This document shows positions 29,350 to 42,572 of a stretch of DNA of 64,000 nt, in pieces; the stretch's first letter is position 1; each line of letters starts with the position of its first letter. Position numbers and translations under genes: made by a program. The stretch is from Eledone cirrhosa (Eukaryota), in assembly GCA_964016885.1 (NCBI GenBank), contig OZ024762.1, positions 11,160,001-11,224,000 of the forward strand, given 5' to 3'. The notes beneath the pieces were generated by a model. That model saw only the letters and a list, made by a program, of their open reading frames with translations, made no database searches and was not told the DNA's origin.

Positions 29350-30399
29350 ATACATTAACAGAGAAAGCCTTAAGCGATACTCTGACCAACTCCATCTCAC
29401 TCAACAAACATTAGGGTATACCTAAGTATATTCCCAATTTAGAGTTTGGGGTGCTAACTAATCAGTATTTCGTGGATAGATGGTTGTATTATTTTATATT
29501 AGACATAATTAAATAAATATCTCTTTCCTTCCAGACGATCGTTTCGTTATAAGGATAAATAATTTCTACAATTTGAGATAAATAATTTCCAGGTTATGTA
29601 ATATATATATAATCTGTCTTCATCAACCTACCCTCCCTCACTCCCTTTCTCATCTTCTCCTTCTCTTCCTTTCTCCCATTTTCCCCCTTTCTCCCTCTTT
29701 CTCTCACTCCCTCCTCCCCACTCTTCCCCCACTCCCCCTATTTCCCTACTCCGCCTCTTCTCCTACACCCCTCTAGCCCCTACTCCTCCTCTCTCCCATC
29801 CTCTCTAAACTATTTTCTTTCCTATTTATAAAGATTTACATCTCGCCTACGACGACTTATATAACACCACTGAAAATATCTGCAGCCGTTCAACACAACT
29901 ATCCTATTTCTTGTGGTAGGTGCCATATATTATATAGCTTTATGTAACATCATCTCGTTCGCTATATATATATATATAGCGAACTGGTCCGTTTCTTCCG
30001 ATATCATTTCGGAAGAAGGATGAGGATGGAGAGAGAGGTGCTCCACCCCAGTCGTTTTTATGAAAGGTGGGTGAAATTGGCGAGAATGGCCCGTGTGAAT
30101 GGGCCTTCTCTTTACATAAGCCTGTAGGTGGAAAAGAGGAAGGAACAAGGGAGCACCCCCTCTCTGTGCTCCTGAGGAAAAGGGTTGCACACTTTTTTCG
30201 GGGGTGTGTGCGACCCCCCAAGGCGCCTCCTCTCTATTGAGGATTTTGTTATAAATTTTATTTTTTGTTATATATTATTTTTATATATTGTTATTGCCTC
30301 CTCCTTATTGAGGACGCCTTTTTGTGTAAACTCCTCCCTTGTACTTGTCCCACTTTTGATGCCCTGGTGGCAAATAAAAGAAACATATATATATATATA

Positions 30400-30451
<52 letters not shown>

Positions 30452-30656
30452 CTCTATCTATATATATAACAAAGGAATTGTGGTAAGGAACCAGATGGAC
30501 CATAACGCACCAGAATACTCAATACTTAGGGTAGTAGAGTGGGAAATAGGAAAAAGTATGACCACTACGGCAGAGCTCAAGCCGTTTCGACGGCTATTTC
30601 AGTCCAGAAATAGCCGCCGAAACGGCTTGAGCTTTGCCGTCGGGATCATACTTTTT

Positions 30657-30758
<102 letters not shown>

Positions 30759-31047
30759 ATTTTGGCATGTTTATGTACATTTTTTCTTCTAACTTTGATT
30801 TTGTACCTAATTGTGTATGGTTAGCTATATGTCTAATCAATTTCTACGGGCTGTTAGAAATACTATGTAAATCTTCTGTGGCTGTTGATCGCGGATAAAA
30901 TACCTATCATTTATTTATCTATTGTTTCTTCATAGGTACATTTTAAACTTATAGCCTCGTTTAATTGATTTTTATTGTGGTTAGTTATGCTGATTGGGAG
31001 AAGAAATACTGTATATATTTTATCAAATGATTCTATGGACTTACTTT

Positions 31048-31090
<43 letters not shown>

Positions 31091-31091
<1 letters not shown>

Positions 31092-31510
31092 GTAGGAGGT
31101 GAGTTTTATTGTAATACAATAAAGCAATGCAGATATCGGATAAGAAGCACTCTACAGTTTGTAGGACTGGAGTATATATAATATATAAGAACAAAAGATG
31201 GTTAAAAGAGTTCCATGTATTTTATTATGCGCATTTCAAAAACAAATATCATCATGCAATAATATTTGTGCTTTCATCAGAGAAAACAGGAGGACATGAT
31301 ATGAAGGCTAAAAAACACTTGTGGATAGTTCAGTTTTATATGTTGATTTAAAACTGAACTATCCACAAGTGTTTTTTAGCCTTCATATCATGTCCTCCTG
31401 TTTTATCTGATGAAAACACAAATATTATTGCATGATGATATTTGTTTTTGAAATGCGCATAATAAAATACATGGAACTCCTTTAACCATCCTTTGTTCTT
31501 ATATATTATA
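31091..31510. mobile_element. Palindromic hammerhead repeat, family A, copy 3
   Basis: Tail at 31091-31172 (inverse of 3961-4042), arms centred near 31340, HHR on the plus strand at 31399-31469. Confidence 0.8.
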
Positions 31511-31772
31511 TATATATATATATAAAACCATATTTATTCTATTATATATATTTTAAGGGCACCAAAACTTTGGTACGCTATCATCAGATAAAATACAAAG
31601 TTTGTTTTATAAATATTTATATATCCAGGAAGAAGATCTTAACCGTTCAAGTTTTTCCTGGATATATTTGTTGAATTACCAACAAATTAAATATCCCTTT
31701 TGCTTATATATATATATATACATATATACATATAAGTTTATCCCGGGTTCAATCGGGGTATATAAATATGCG

Positions 31773-31836
<64 letters not shown>

Positions 31837-32053
31837 TTTTTTAGTATATGTTGGTTGTATACCAATACCTCAGTATGCATATTGGAGCACTCGACGAAGT
31901 GCGCAGGTTGGTTTGGTTACTCAGGAGTAATGTAAAATAAAATAAAATAAAATATTGACTTATTTATTTTATTTTATTTTATTTTATATATATACATATA
32001 TATGTATATATACGATATTAAACAAATGGAAACTATATTTATAAAACCATATT

Positions 32054-32119
32054 TATTTCATTATACATATTTCAGGGATACCATATTAAAATATGGCATA
32101 CCTTCGTCAGATAAAATAC
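32054..32119 (-). ncRNA. Hammerhead ribozyme motif (family G-related)
   Basis: Minus strand: tattttat-CTGACGA-aggtatgccata..tatggtatccct-GAAA-tatgta-TA-atgaaata. Confidence 0.7.
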
Positions 32120-33099
32120 AATATATAAACAGTTTTATAAATAATTTTGACGTACCCTATTAGAAGCGACCATTATTTTTGGAAGCTGTCTGGATAGTGA
32201 GATGTTTATAATTATTTTATTAGTTATAGTGTTAAGCATAGTTAAAAAAAAGACGGAGAGAAAGAAAAAAAATGGAGAGAAAGAAAAAACGGAGAGAGAG
32301 AATGAGAGAGAAAAAAAGGGAGAAAGAGAAGATATATATAAATAGATAGGAGGAAATTAAAAAGAAACAAGAAAGAAATAAGAAAGGCAAACGAAAGCAA
32401 CAGAGAGATAATAATTCATCATACAGATAGAGAAACTCAAGAGAGAGGAAGTACTATATAGAGAGAAGAGGATACAGTTACAGCTTTACGTCATGTCATA
32501 TTAAGTTGAATTATCAATTCATATGAAATGAATAGTAAAAATGCAAATATCAATATTCATGAATGAGACATAGATATATAATATGAGAAAATAACATTGT
32601 TCAATAATGACCATATGTTTAGTTTAAAACTCTGAGGTCAATATACCAAAATCTGAGTTAAAACCTTCAAAAATTACCCTATTTATAAAAATACGGATAC
32701 ATATATGTATATATATATATGTAGACGCGTTCTTGAAGCTAGTAAAACGAGGTATCCTCTTGATAAGTCGGTAGACCTCGCAAAGACTCTATATCTTTAT
32801 GATGTATTGTTTTTGTTTATGCCACGAAACTACGTAGTCGAGGAATCTAGGAGCAGTTTAGGTATGATACATTTTATTACTAATTATATGTAAATGTTTC
32901 TTCTCTCTTCATAATGTATTTTTAACTCTGATACTGGTTCAGTCTAATTCAACCGGATTGGTCTGTCCCAGTTATTCATTGAACAGCATCGGTAAGATTG
33001 GCACCCTTAACTCACGGTTGGGTGTGGATGCATTCATGTATATGTGTGTGTCCGCCGCATGTATCTGTGTGTTTCTAAATATATATATATATATTATTC

Positions 33100-33164
<65 letters not shown>

Positions 33165-33213
33165 ATGAGTGAAGAATAACATGGTCGGCTGTACAAAAAC
33201 GATTTTATACATA

Positions 33214-33246
<33 letters not shown>

Positions 33247-33704
33247 TACACCAATTTGTGACATCAATTTAATGTAAACAGGCTTTGTGTGAATACGTAT
33301 GAGAATATCGCGTGACAGACACTCCGTGTCTGGTGATCAGGTTAACACCGCCGCTCTTGTGCGCAACACTGCGTTCAGTTTGATAATAGACCCAGGATTT
33401 GAACTTAGCGTACTGATCGGCGGTTTTGAAGTTATAAGAAAGTTCTGAAGAAGGGCGGGAGAGGAAAAGCAGGGAAAAGAAAGAGAGAGAGAGAGTTGAG
33501 GAGCAGCAATTTAACTTCTGCTTTCTTTTAAAATATTTCAGCAGGTAGGCAAGCTTTAGATAACTACTATTATTTCATTGTTAAATTAGTCTCACCATTG
33601 TGCACTTTTACTCGAACTTATTGTAAACTCCCCACTGTCGGCGTCTTTGTATTGTACCCTACATGTCGACCCTTGTAGTCAATAAATGAAATCATTATTA
33701 TAAG

Positions 33705-34170
33705 GGCCATGGATTGGCAGTATCGGTAGAGGATCGGACGCTTTGCGGTCTGAGTTCAAATCCCGTCGAGGTTAACTTTGCCTTCATCCTTACGGGGTCG
33801 ATAAAATAAAGTACCAGTAATGTACTGGGTAATTGATGGCCTTGTGCCAAAAGTAGAAACAATTATTATAAGGGCGGTGGATTGGCAGTATTGGTAGAGG
33901 GTTGGACGCCATGCTTTGGCGTATAGAGTTGCGGCCCTTGCCATTCTGAGTTCAAATCCCGCCAAGGTTAACTTTGCCTTTCATCCTTACGGGGTCGATA
34001 AAATAAAGTACCAGTAATGCACTGGATATTTGCTGGCCTTGTGCCTAACGTAGAAACAATTATTATGAGGTTAACTTTGCCGTTTATCCTTACGGTGTCG
34101 ATAAAATAAAGTACCAGTAATGCACTGGGTAATTGCTGGCCTTGTGCCAAAAGTAGAAACAATTATTATT
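33705..34170 (+). mobile_element. Head-to-tail array of SINE family 1
   Basis: Three consecutive full or partial units joined at aacaattatt. Confidence 0.8.
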
Positions 34171-34964
34171 ATTATGTATATATATATAATTCTTATTCAG
34201 CCTTCTTCGGATTTTGGCTTTCGCAAATATTATTACTTACTATATATATATGTGTGTGTGTGTATGTGTGTGTGTGTGTGTGTGTGTGAGTGTGTGTGTG
34301 TATATATATATATGTATAAATATATGTATATATGTATATATGTATATATGTATATAAATATATGTATATATGTATATATGTATATATAAATATATGTATA
34401 TATATGTATATTTATATATATATATTGTTATACTTGGGGAGGGTCATATTTGTGTAATATTGCCAGAATTAATAACAGAACACACTCACTGTTTGGTTGG
34501 TTTTCGCTTCTCGCTTCTGTGTCTTTTATATCGGTAATCTAACTTACTCGGTCCTCAATGTTGCCATTAACTGATCGACGGTCGAAAATAATACAGATAC
34601 AATATAGACACAAACACATATATATAGTTTATCAAAGTTCTTTCGTTGCACATCTGCAATATCGTCAGTGGTGTATTGTTTCCTCCCATTACATTGTATT
34701 TTCTATGACACCTTTATTTAGTCTGTTTATAAATTTATTTATTTGTTTATTTTATTTTGTCTTCTTTGCACATGCGTTTGCGCGTGTGTATAGTGTTTTG
34801 TTTTTTTTGTTTTGATTGGGTGACTGTGTATTGGTTAATGTATTCTATCTTTACTAGTGTGTGTTTATATGTGTTTGTTGTTATTGTGCTTGTGTATGTA
34901 TTTATTTATCTATTTATGTATATATATATATCATCATATATATATATATATGTATATATATATA

Positions 34965-35108
34965 TCATCATCATCATCATTTTACGTCCGCTTTTCCCTG
35001 CTTGCTAGGGTGGGACGGGTCTTATTAAGCACAGCATCTCTCCATTCGTTACGGTCCTTTGTCATCTCCTCCGTCAGCTTCAGCGATCTGAGGTCTGCTC
35101 TCACCCCC
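34965..35108 (-). mobile_element. 3' end of RTE-type LINE with (ATG)n tail
   Basis: The minus strand encodes ..RADLRSLKLTEEMTKDRNEWRDAV.. (DR..WR motif), followed by a (gat)n tail. Confidence 0.6.
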
Positions 35109-35162
35109 TCACTCATTTGAATTTAAAAAATATATTTTAACTAAAAGAACCTTTCTATAGTA

Positions 35163-35785
35163 AACCACAACGACCACCACCACCACCACCACCACGACAA
35201 CCACGACAACCACCACGACAACCACCACCACCACGACGACGACGACCACCACCACCACCACCACCACCACCACCACCACCACCACCATCACCACCACGAC
35301 CACCACCACCACCACCACCACCACCACGACCACCACGACCACCACCACGACCACCACGACCACCACCACCACCACCACCACGACGACGACCACCACCACC
35401 ACCACCACGACCACGACGACGACGACGACCACCACCACCACCACCACCACGACCACCACCACCACCACCACCACGACCACCACGACGACGACGACCACCA
35501 CCACCACGACCACCACGACCACCACCACCACCACCACCACCACCACGACCACCACCACGACCACCACTACCACCACGACCACCACGACGACGACGACCAC
35601 CACCACCACCACCACGACCACGACGACGACGACCACCACCACCACGACCACCACCACGACCACGACCACCACCACCACCACGACCACCACGACGACGATG
35701 ACCACCACCACCACCACCACCACCACTACCACCACCTCCACCACCACCACCACCACAACGACCACCACCACCACCACCACCATCA
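35163..35785. repeat. About 620-bp (ACC/ACG)n trinucleotide tract
   Basis: Direct inspection; it produces the spurious poly-Val ORF. Confidence 0.95.
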
Positions 35786-35925
35786 CGCCAGGCCTCAGAG
35801 AATTAAACACGCATACATATAGGGTTAGTAAGTTGCATACACATTATCTACACACAAGACAATGAAACACACAAACACATACACACATCTACACATATAG
35901 ATACATATGTGATGACAGAGAGAGA

Positions 35926-36007
<82 letters not shown>

Positions 36008-36571
36008 GGATGGGGAGAAATGAGGTGCAACAAAAATGAAACATGGATTACAGGTTAAAATAGAGTCTAGATAAATGTGAAACAAAACGAGGATGTAGTT
36101 TATGGAACACCCAAATGATTTAGAAGTTGACCTTAAGTAGGAGCAATAACATTAAGAAAGACATGAACGACACCGCAACACTTTGTTTTGAAAATTTTTA
36201 AAGTAGGTTTATAAGTATGAATTTTCAAAAGATTTTTGTAGTTGTCTCAGTGGCCTAGCGGTAGTTATACTATATATATATGTGTCACACATTGCAACAC
36301 AGTGAGTGAGCTTCTGCGCAACATGGCGTCACACAGTGCGATATAGCAGCACTCGGTCACAGACGAAAGTACACACGACCGCACACAAGCGCATACGTCC
36401 ACACATGATCACATGACAACCTACGATCACACACGGTTGCACAAGGTCACACGTGATCACAGCTTGTGGAAGGAGAAAGCATGTATATCAGTAAATTATG
36501 TCACAAGACTGTTAAGAACATATGTATGAAGTATACAGCTACGCTGTCGTAAATAAACATATACATATTTA

Positions 36572-36816
36572 CCAGGTCGAACACAATGAAACTAAACTGC
36601 TACTGTCACGGCCTCCGTCTCTCTCCCGCTCTCCCCATCTCTCATATACACCAGGTCCGAACACAAAGGAACCAAACTCCCACTGTCACGGCCTTCGTCC
36701 CTCTCCCGCTCTCCCCATCTCTCATATACACCAGGTCCGAACACAAAGGAACCAAACTCCCACTGTCACGGCCTTCGTCCCTCTCCCGCTCTCCCCATCT
36801 CTCATATACACCAGGT
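36572..36816. repeat. 80-bp minisatellite, three copies
   Basis: Units start ccaggtc at 36572, 36651 and 36731; the last two are identical. Confidence 0.9.
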
Positions 36817-37074
36817 GATCAAAATCCTGCGATATCATAGAGGGGAAAGTGTCAGCTTGTATTATTAATATTAAATAATAAGGAAACCAATAAAAAATGA
36901 TATCATCGAAGTAATCTGCTATTTTACCCAATAAAACCAGACAGGAGAAACGTGACTTTCACACGCCAGACGAATTAAAATGCAATTTTGCAAAACCTAC
37001 CAAACGTTTTTTGTTCAATGAAATCGCACAAAGCAGACGACAGTATCTTGTTAAAACAATTCATCAGTCATTAT

Positions 37075-37660
37075 AATCCCGCCGAGGTTAACTTTGCCTT
37101 TCATCCTTACGGGGTCGATAAAATAAAGTACTAGTAATGCACTGGGTAAATTGCTGGCCTTGTGCCTAAAATAGAAACAATTATTTAACAAACGGTCGCC
37201 ATGCTGTGCAGCATAGAGTTACGGCCCTTTATGGTCTGAGTTCAAATCCCGCCGAGGTTAACTTTGCTTTTCATCCTTACGGGGTCGATAAAATAAAGTA
37301 CCAGTAATACACTGGGATAAATTGCTGGCCTTGTGCCTAAAGTAGAAACAATTATTTAACAAACATTATTTAACACCCTTACGGGGTCGATAAAATAAAG
37401 TACCAGTAATGCACTGTGTAATTGCTAGCCTTGTGCCAAAAGTAAAAACAATTATTTAACAAACAAGCGGTGGATTGGCAGAATCGGTAGAGCGTCAGAC
37501 GCCATGCTTTACAGCAAAGAGTTATGGCTCTTTACGGTCTGAGTTCAAATCCCGCCGACGATAACTTTGCCTTTCATCCTTACGGGGTTGATGAAATAAA
37601 GTACCAGTAATACACTGGGATAATTGCTGGCCTTGTGCCAAAAGTAGAACCATTTATTTA
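37075..37660 (+). mobile_element. Head-to-tail array of SINE family 1 (four units)
   Basis: Repeated ...ccttacggggtcgataaaataaagtaccag...ttatttaacaaac units with variable 5' truncation. Confidence 0.8.
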
Positions 37661-38388
37661 ACAAACAGGCACATCAAAAATTACACACACACAAACAAAC
37701 ACACATACACACACAAACAAGCACACACACACACAAACATGCACACACACAGATATACGCCACACAGTATTCTTAGTGACACACTCGTGTAGTGACAATC
37801 ATAATACACATCCACATATAGTGACATAGACAATACACAGACAGTAATACACACACACACAGTAACACACACACACACACAGATTTGAACACATATATGT
37901 ATATATCTGTGTTTATCTCTCTTTATTATATTAAATTATATTATAAGGCTCGGAAAATTGTTTCCTTCAGCTATTTTAATTGTAAGAGACTATTTTAACT
38001 CAATATATATATATATACATATATATATATATGGTGGCTGCCAACTCGTTTTCGAGTACGGCCACTACTTTATATCCATGTAAGAGAACCCCTACCGTTG
38101 CGCTGACTTTTTAGTCCAGCCAGCGACTTGAAAACTGTGGTACAAACACTACACCTGTGACAATTATTGACACATAGTGCTGGGCCCATGGTACCATGTG
38201 ACGACAAGTGCAGAGAGATCTCCAGATATAAAGCAATGCCTGTGCCGTGAAGCTTTTATAGTGAGCAAAGGCACTGCACAAAGCCAGTCCCACTCTCTTA
38301 ACCAAGATGATATTTACCAAAAAGAAGAATTCTAGGAGAAGGAAAACTCTGATATAACACCTGCAACCCTGATGGTATCCAATGATGT

Positions 38389-38459
<71 letters not shown>

Positions 38460-38504
38460 AACTCAAAATAATATATTTTTAGTCCCATCAAATATAAATT
38501 GGAA

Positions 38505-39973
38505 ATGTCGATGAGTTTTTTAAACCATTATAGTTCCTGTCGATGGAGGCTATGCTATGCTAGCTTTACGGCCATTCTCCTCTTACAAACATTAAGGATT
38601 GATTTAAGTATTGCCTTTGTCTGTATGTTAAAACCAACCAACCATTCATCTGTAGAAGTCAACCTTACTGGAAGCAACAAACATTGTTCCAGCTCGGAGT
38701 ATGGTCCGTTCAATAAAACATATGAAGGAGAGTTTGAATGGAGTAACTCTCTACAATCAAACATGTTGGCTGGGTATTTCTATGGATATATTGCAACTAA
38801 TGTTGTTGGTGGTTTATTGGCTGATAAATATGGTGGTAAAATTATTCTGGGTGGTTCCCTTATCTCAGCATCTATTCTGACTCTGCTTTATCCGAGTTTA
38901 TCACGAATAAGTGCATATTTTACCCTTGTCTTAAGAATATTAACAGGTTTGGTGTCAGGGCCTGTGTTTCCGTCAATCCAGTCATTATGGGGACGTTGGG
39001 CTCCACCACAAGAGAGAAGTTCGCTAGTAGGATTTTCTTTTTCTGATCAGACATTTGGGACAGCATTATGTCTTTCACTTTCCGGCTACCTTTGTGAATA
39101 TGGATTTGACAACGGGTGGGGTTCTATATTTTATATATTTGGTGGAACATCGTTGCTGTTTAGTTTGGTGTGGTTTCATGTGGTTTACGATACGCCAGAC
39201 CTCCATCCCACTATCAGTGAAAAAGAACGTTCTTACTTAAACAGAAATAGAACAGATAGGAGAAAGGTGAATACTGTACCTTGGAAGCAAATGATAACCT
39301 CTTCCGCCATCTGGTCTCTCAGTCTCGCACATATGTGTACTTTTTGGACCAATAGTATCTTCCAGTTATTGTTACCATTGTATATGAAGGAAGTATTAAA
39401 CATTCATCCAGCCATCAACGGTTTAATGTCCTCAACTCCATCGTTAGGACAATTCATATTTCTACCATTATGTGGAAGACTTGCAGATGTTCTACTTACA
39501 AAGCGTTATCTCTCGACACGTAAAATCCGAATCATTTTCCAATCTGTCTGTTTTATTGGCTCGGCGTCTCTGCTGGTTGCTATAGGATTTCTTGAGTGTG
39601 GTGAAACCATTCTAACTGGAATTCTTTTTTTTTTCTTTCTGGCGTGATCACGGCATTCTATGCTGGCGGCTTCGTTGTCAATCATATTGACATTGCTCCA
39701 AGGTATTCTGGAATTCTATATGGCATTACCAATACATTATCATCGTTAAGTGGTGTTCTATGTCCGATAACGGTCAAAGCTCTTACACCAAATGGTTCAC
39801 AGAATGAATGGAATATAGTGTTATTCTTAAGCGGCGCATTCTCCGTATTTGGTGCCACAATCTATGCTATATTTGCGAAGGGAAGTGAGCAAGAGTGGGC
39901 TAAAACCAAAGACACGTTGTCACCAACTTCTACAAAACTGGAAGAATCTATTATGTTAAATGAACGCTGTTAA
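38505..39973 (+). pseudogene. SLC17A5-like: SLC17/sialin-like paralog 4, frameshifted in a T10 run (pseudogene or sequencing error)
   Basis: ORFs 38499-39647 and 39644-39973 join into one full-length SLC17 if T10 (39625-39634) is read as T8 (ILFFLSGVITAF) or T11. The first ATG is at 38505; 38499 is TTG. No other lesion seen. Confidence 0.8.
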
Positions 39974-39989
39974 AATTTGTTGGCAAATC

Positions 39990-40400
39990 GTCGGCGGTGG
40001 TGATGGTGGTGATGGTGTTGGCTGTGTTGGTGGTGGTGGTGGTGGTGGTGGTGGTGGTGGTGGTGGTGGTTGTGGTTGTAGCGGTGGCGGTGGTGCTGGT
40101 GTTGGTGGTTGTGATGGTGGTGGTGGTGGTGGTTGTGGCGGTGGTGGTGCTGGTGTTGGTGGTGGTGGTGGTGGTGGTGGTGGTGGTTGTAATGGTGGTG
40201 ATGGTGGTGATGGTGGTGATGGTGTTGGTTGTGGTGGTGGTGATGGTGGTGGTGGTTGTGGCGGTGGTGGTGGTGTGATGGTGGTGGTGATGGTGGTGGT
40301 GGTATTGGTTGTGCCGGCGGTGGTGGTTGTGGTGGTGGTGGTGGATGGTATTGGTGGTGGATGGTATTGGTTGTGGCGGTGGTGGCGGTGGTGGTGGTGG
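39990..40400. repeat. (GGT)n-rich tract
   Basis: Direct inspection; begins about 20 nt after the paralog 4 stop. Confidence 0.95.
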
Positions 40401-40468
40401 GGATGCGGTTAAATCGATTACACCGACTCTCGAGGCTTGAATTGTACCATCTTTTATCGACCCCGGAA

Positions 40469-40578
<110 letters not shown>

Positions 40579-40583
40579 CACAC

Positions 40584-40681
<98 letters not shown>

Positions 40682-40775
40682 GTTGTATGGTTGCTAGGAT
40701 GCGTCCATAGGCGGTATGCCGGTTGAGCACTCTATGCTTCGGAGCAGAGTATGACAATATGATTCTTCGTTTTCC

Positions 40776-40809
<34 letters not shown>

Positions 40810-40995
40810 GGAAAAAGTATGACCCCGACGGCAGAGCTCAAGCCGTTTCGACGGCTATTTCTGGACTTCAAAACGGCTTGAGCTCTGCCGTCGGGGTCAT
40901 ACTTTTTCCTATTTCCCACTCTACTACCCTAAGTATTGAGTACTTTGGTGCGTTATGGTCGATCTGGTTCCTTACCACAATTCCTTTGTTGTATA

Positions 40996-41026
<31 letters not shown>

Positions 41027-41249
41027 AATTGAAGACTAAAATCCAAAGAGGGCTCGTTTCAGAAGATCCCGTTAAGGGTGAAAGCAGTGATTCTTTGCTT
41101 AAACTTTAATCTGTTATTTTAATAAATATATATATACATATTAGAAAATGTGTGAGATCCTTGGTACAGTGAGGTATATTTAAAAAAAGGAAAAGAATTT
41201 TATAATATTATAAAATTATACAAAAGTCTGTCTTAAGCCAGAAGGTTCA

Positions 41250-41498
41250 TTTGGCCGGTGCTTATCCTGGTTTCATGGCGTGAAGCGACTAGAGTACAAG
41301 ACTACCCCCTGGACAGGACGCCAGTCCATTGCAGGGTTAAACTCCCAGCTATTGCTGGTACTTATTTTCAGCTGAGTATACTGGAGCAACGTGAAATGAA
41401 GTGTTTTGCTCAAGAACACAACACGCAGCCCAGGAATCGAACCCACGACATTATGATCGTAAGTCCAACACCCTTACCACTAGGCTACGTGCCTCCAC
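41250..41498 (-). mobile_element. Full-length tRNA-derived CORE-type SINE
   Basis: Minus strand gtggaggcacgtagcctagtggtaagg (A box)..gggttcgattcc (B box)..cttgagcaaaacacttcatttcac..ctcagctg. Partial copy at 45870-45955. Confidence 0.75.
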
Positions 41499-42572
41499 AT
41501 ACCACATATATATATATGGGTGTGTGTGTGTGTGTGTGTAATAGCATCAAATGTAAAATATCAACATGCTTACAATATCAATTATATACCTTTTTACACT
41601 TTTACCTGTTATAGCCATATCCGGCTGAGACCATGCTGGGGCACCACCCTTATATGATATAATGATATTTTCTATTAACAATAATAAAAGAGAGCTAATA
41701 GCAATTTGCATAATCTAATATTAATTTTTAATGATCTACTATTGATTTTAATGATTTTATATTGATTTCAACGATCTACTATTGGTTATAATTATTTAAT
41801 ATTGATTTAATATATATTTCATATACAATATAATCAGGTGTATATAATATCATATTATCTGATATATATTATCATTTCATATGTAACATCGTGAGACCTC
41901 ACTTGTTCTGTTATCAATAACAGAAAACAGAAGCGTAGCGTTCAAATATTGATTCACGTCAAATGATATCGATTTATGATCTAATATTGATTTTAATTAT
42001 CTATTATTGATTTCTTATATAGGTACAGAGTCACACGTCAACCAATCAATCGATGAACTAAGAACCTAAAGAGATTTAACCAAATACTGAAAGAACTTTT
42101 CTTTACAACTTTACCTCTTCTGTTTACCGACATTAGAGAGTGACAAGGAATTGAAAGATCTGATGTTATTGCCTTTTCCCATTGATTAAATCACCTTACC
42201 AAAAGATTATCGCTGAATTATTTCGATTCTCTGTTTCAGAATTATTGGTAAAAGACGTTCATGTTTATCGATTATAAATTGTTCCAATGTTCAGTAAAAT
42301 ATAAATGTGCCAAACACATCCTGATTATAATTTTGAAAGACCACAACTCATTCAAATTGATATACACTGTAGAGACCAAACAAGCATTTTATCTAATTAA
42401 ACTATGATAAAGAAATCGACAGATTTATCAGAAAAAAGAAATAATTTATTAATCTGCTGCAGTTGTCTTTAGTTTTGGGTTTAAATTTACAGAACTTACA
42501 TCACCCGTGTATGAATATATCGTCTGATTCTAAATATCAAGGACATTGTAATAAACATTAGAAGTATACAAA

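Noticed and set aside
37075-37660. CRISPR-like array of repeats
   Set aside because: The units are long truncated SINE copies without unique spacers, in eukaryotic DNA with no cas genes.
41420-41498. tRNA gene
   Set aside because: The A/B boxes continue into a SINE body; this is a tRNA-derived head with no convincing cloverleaf.
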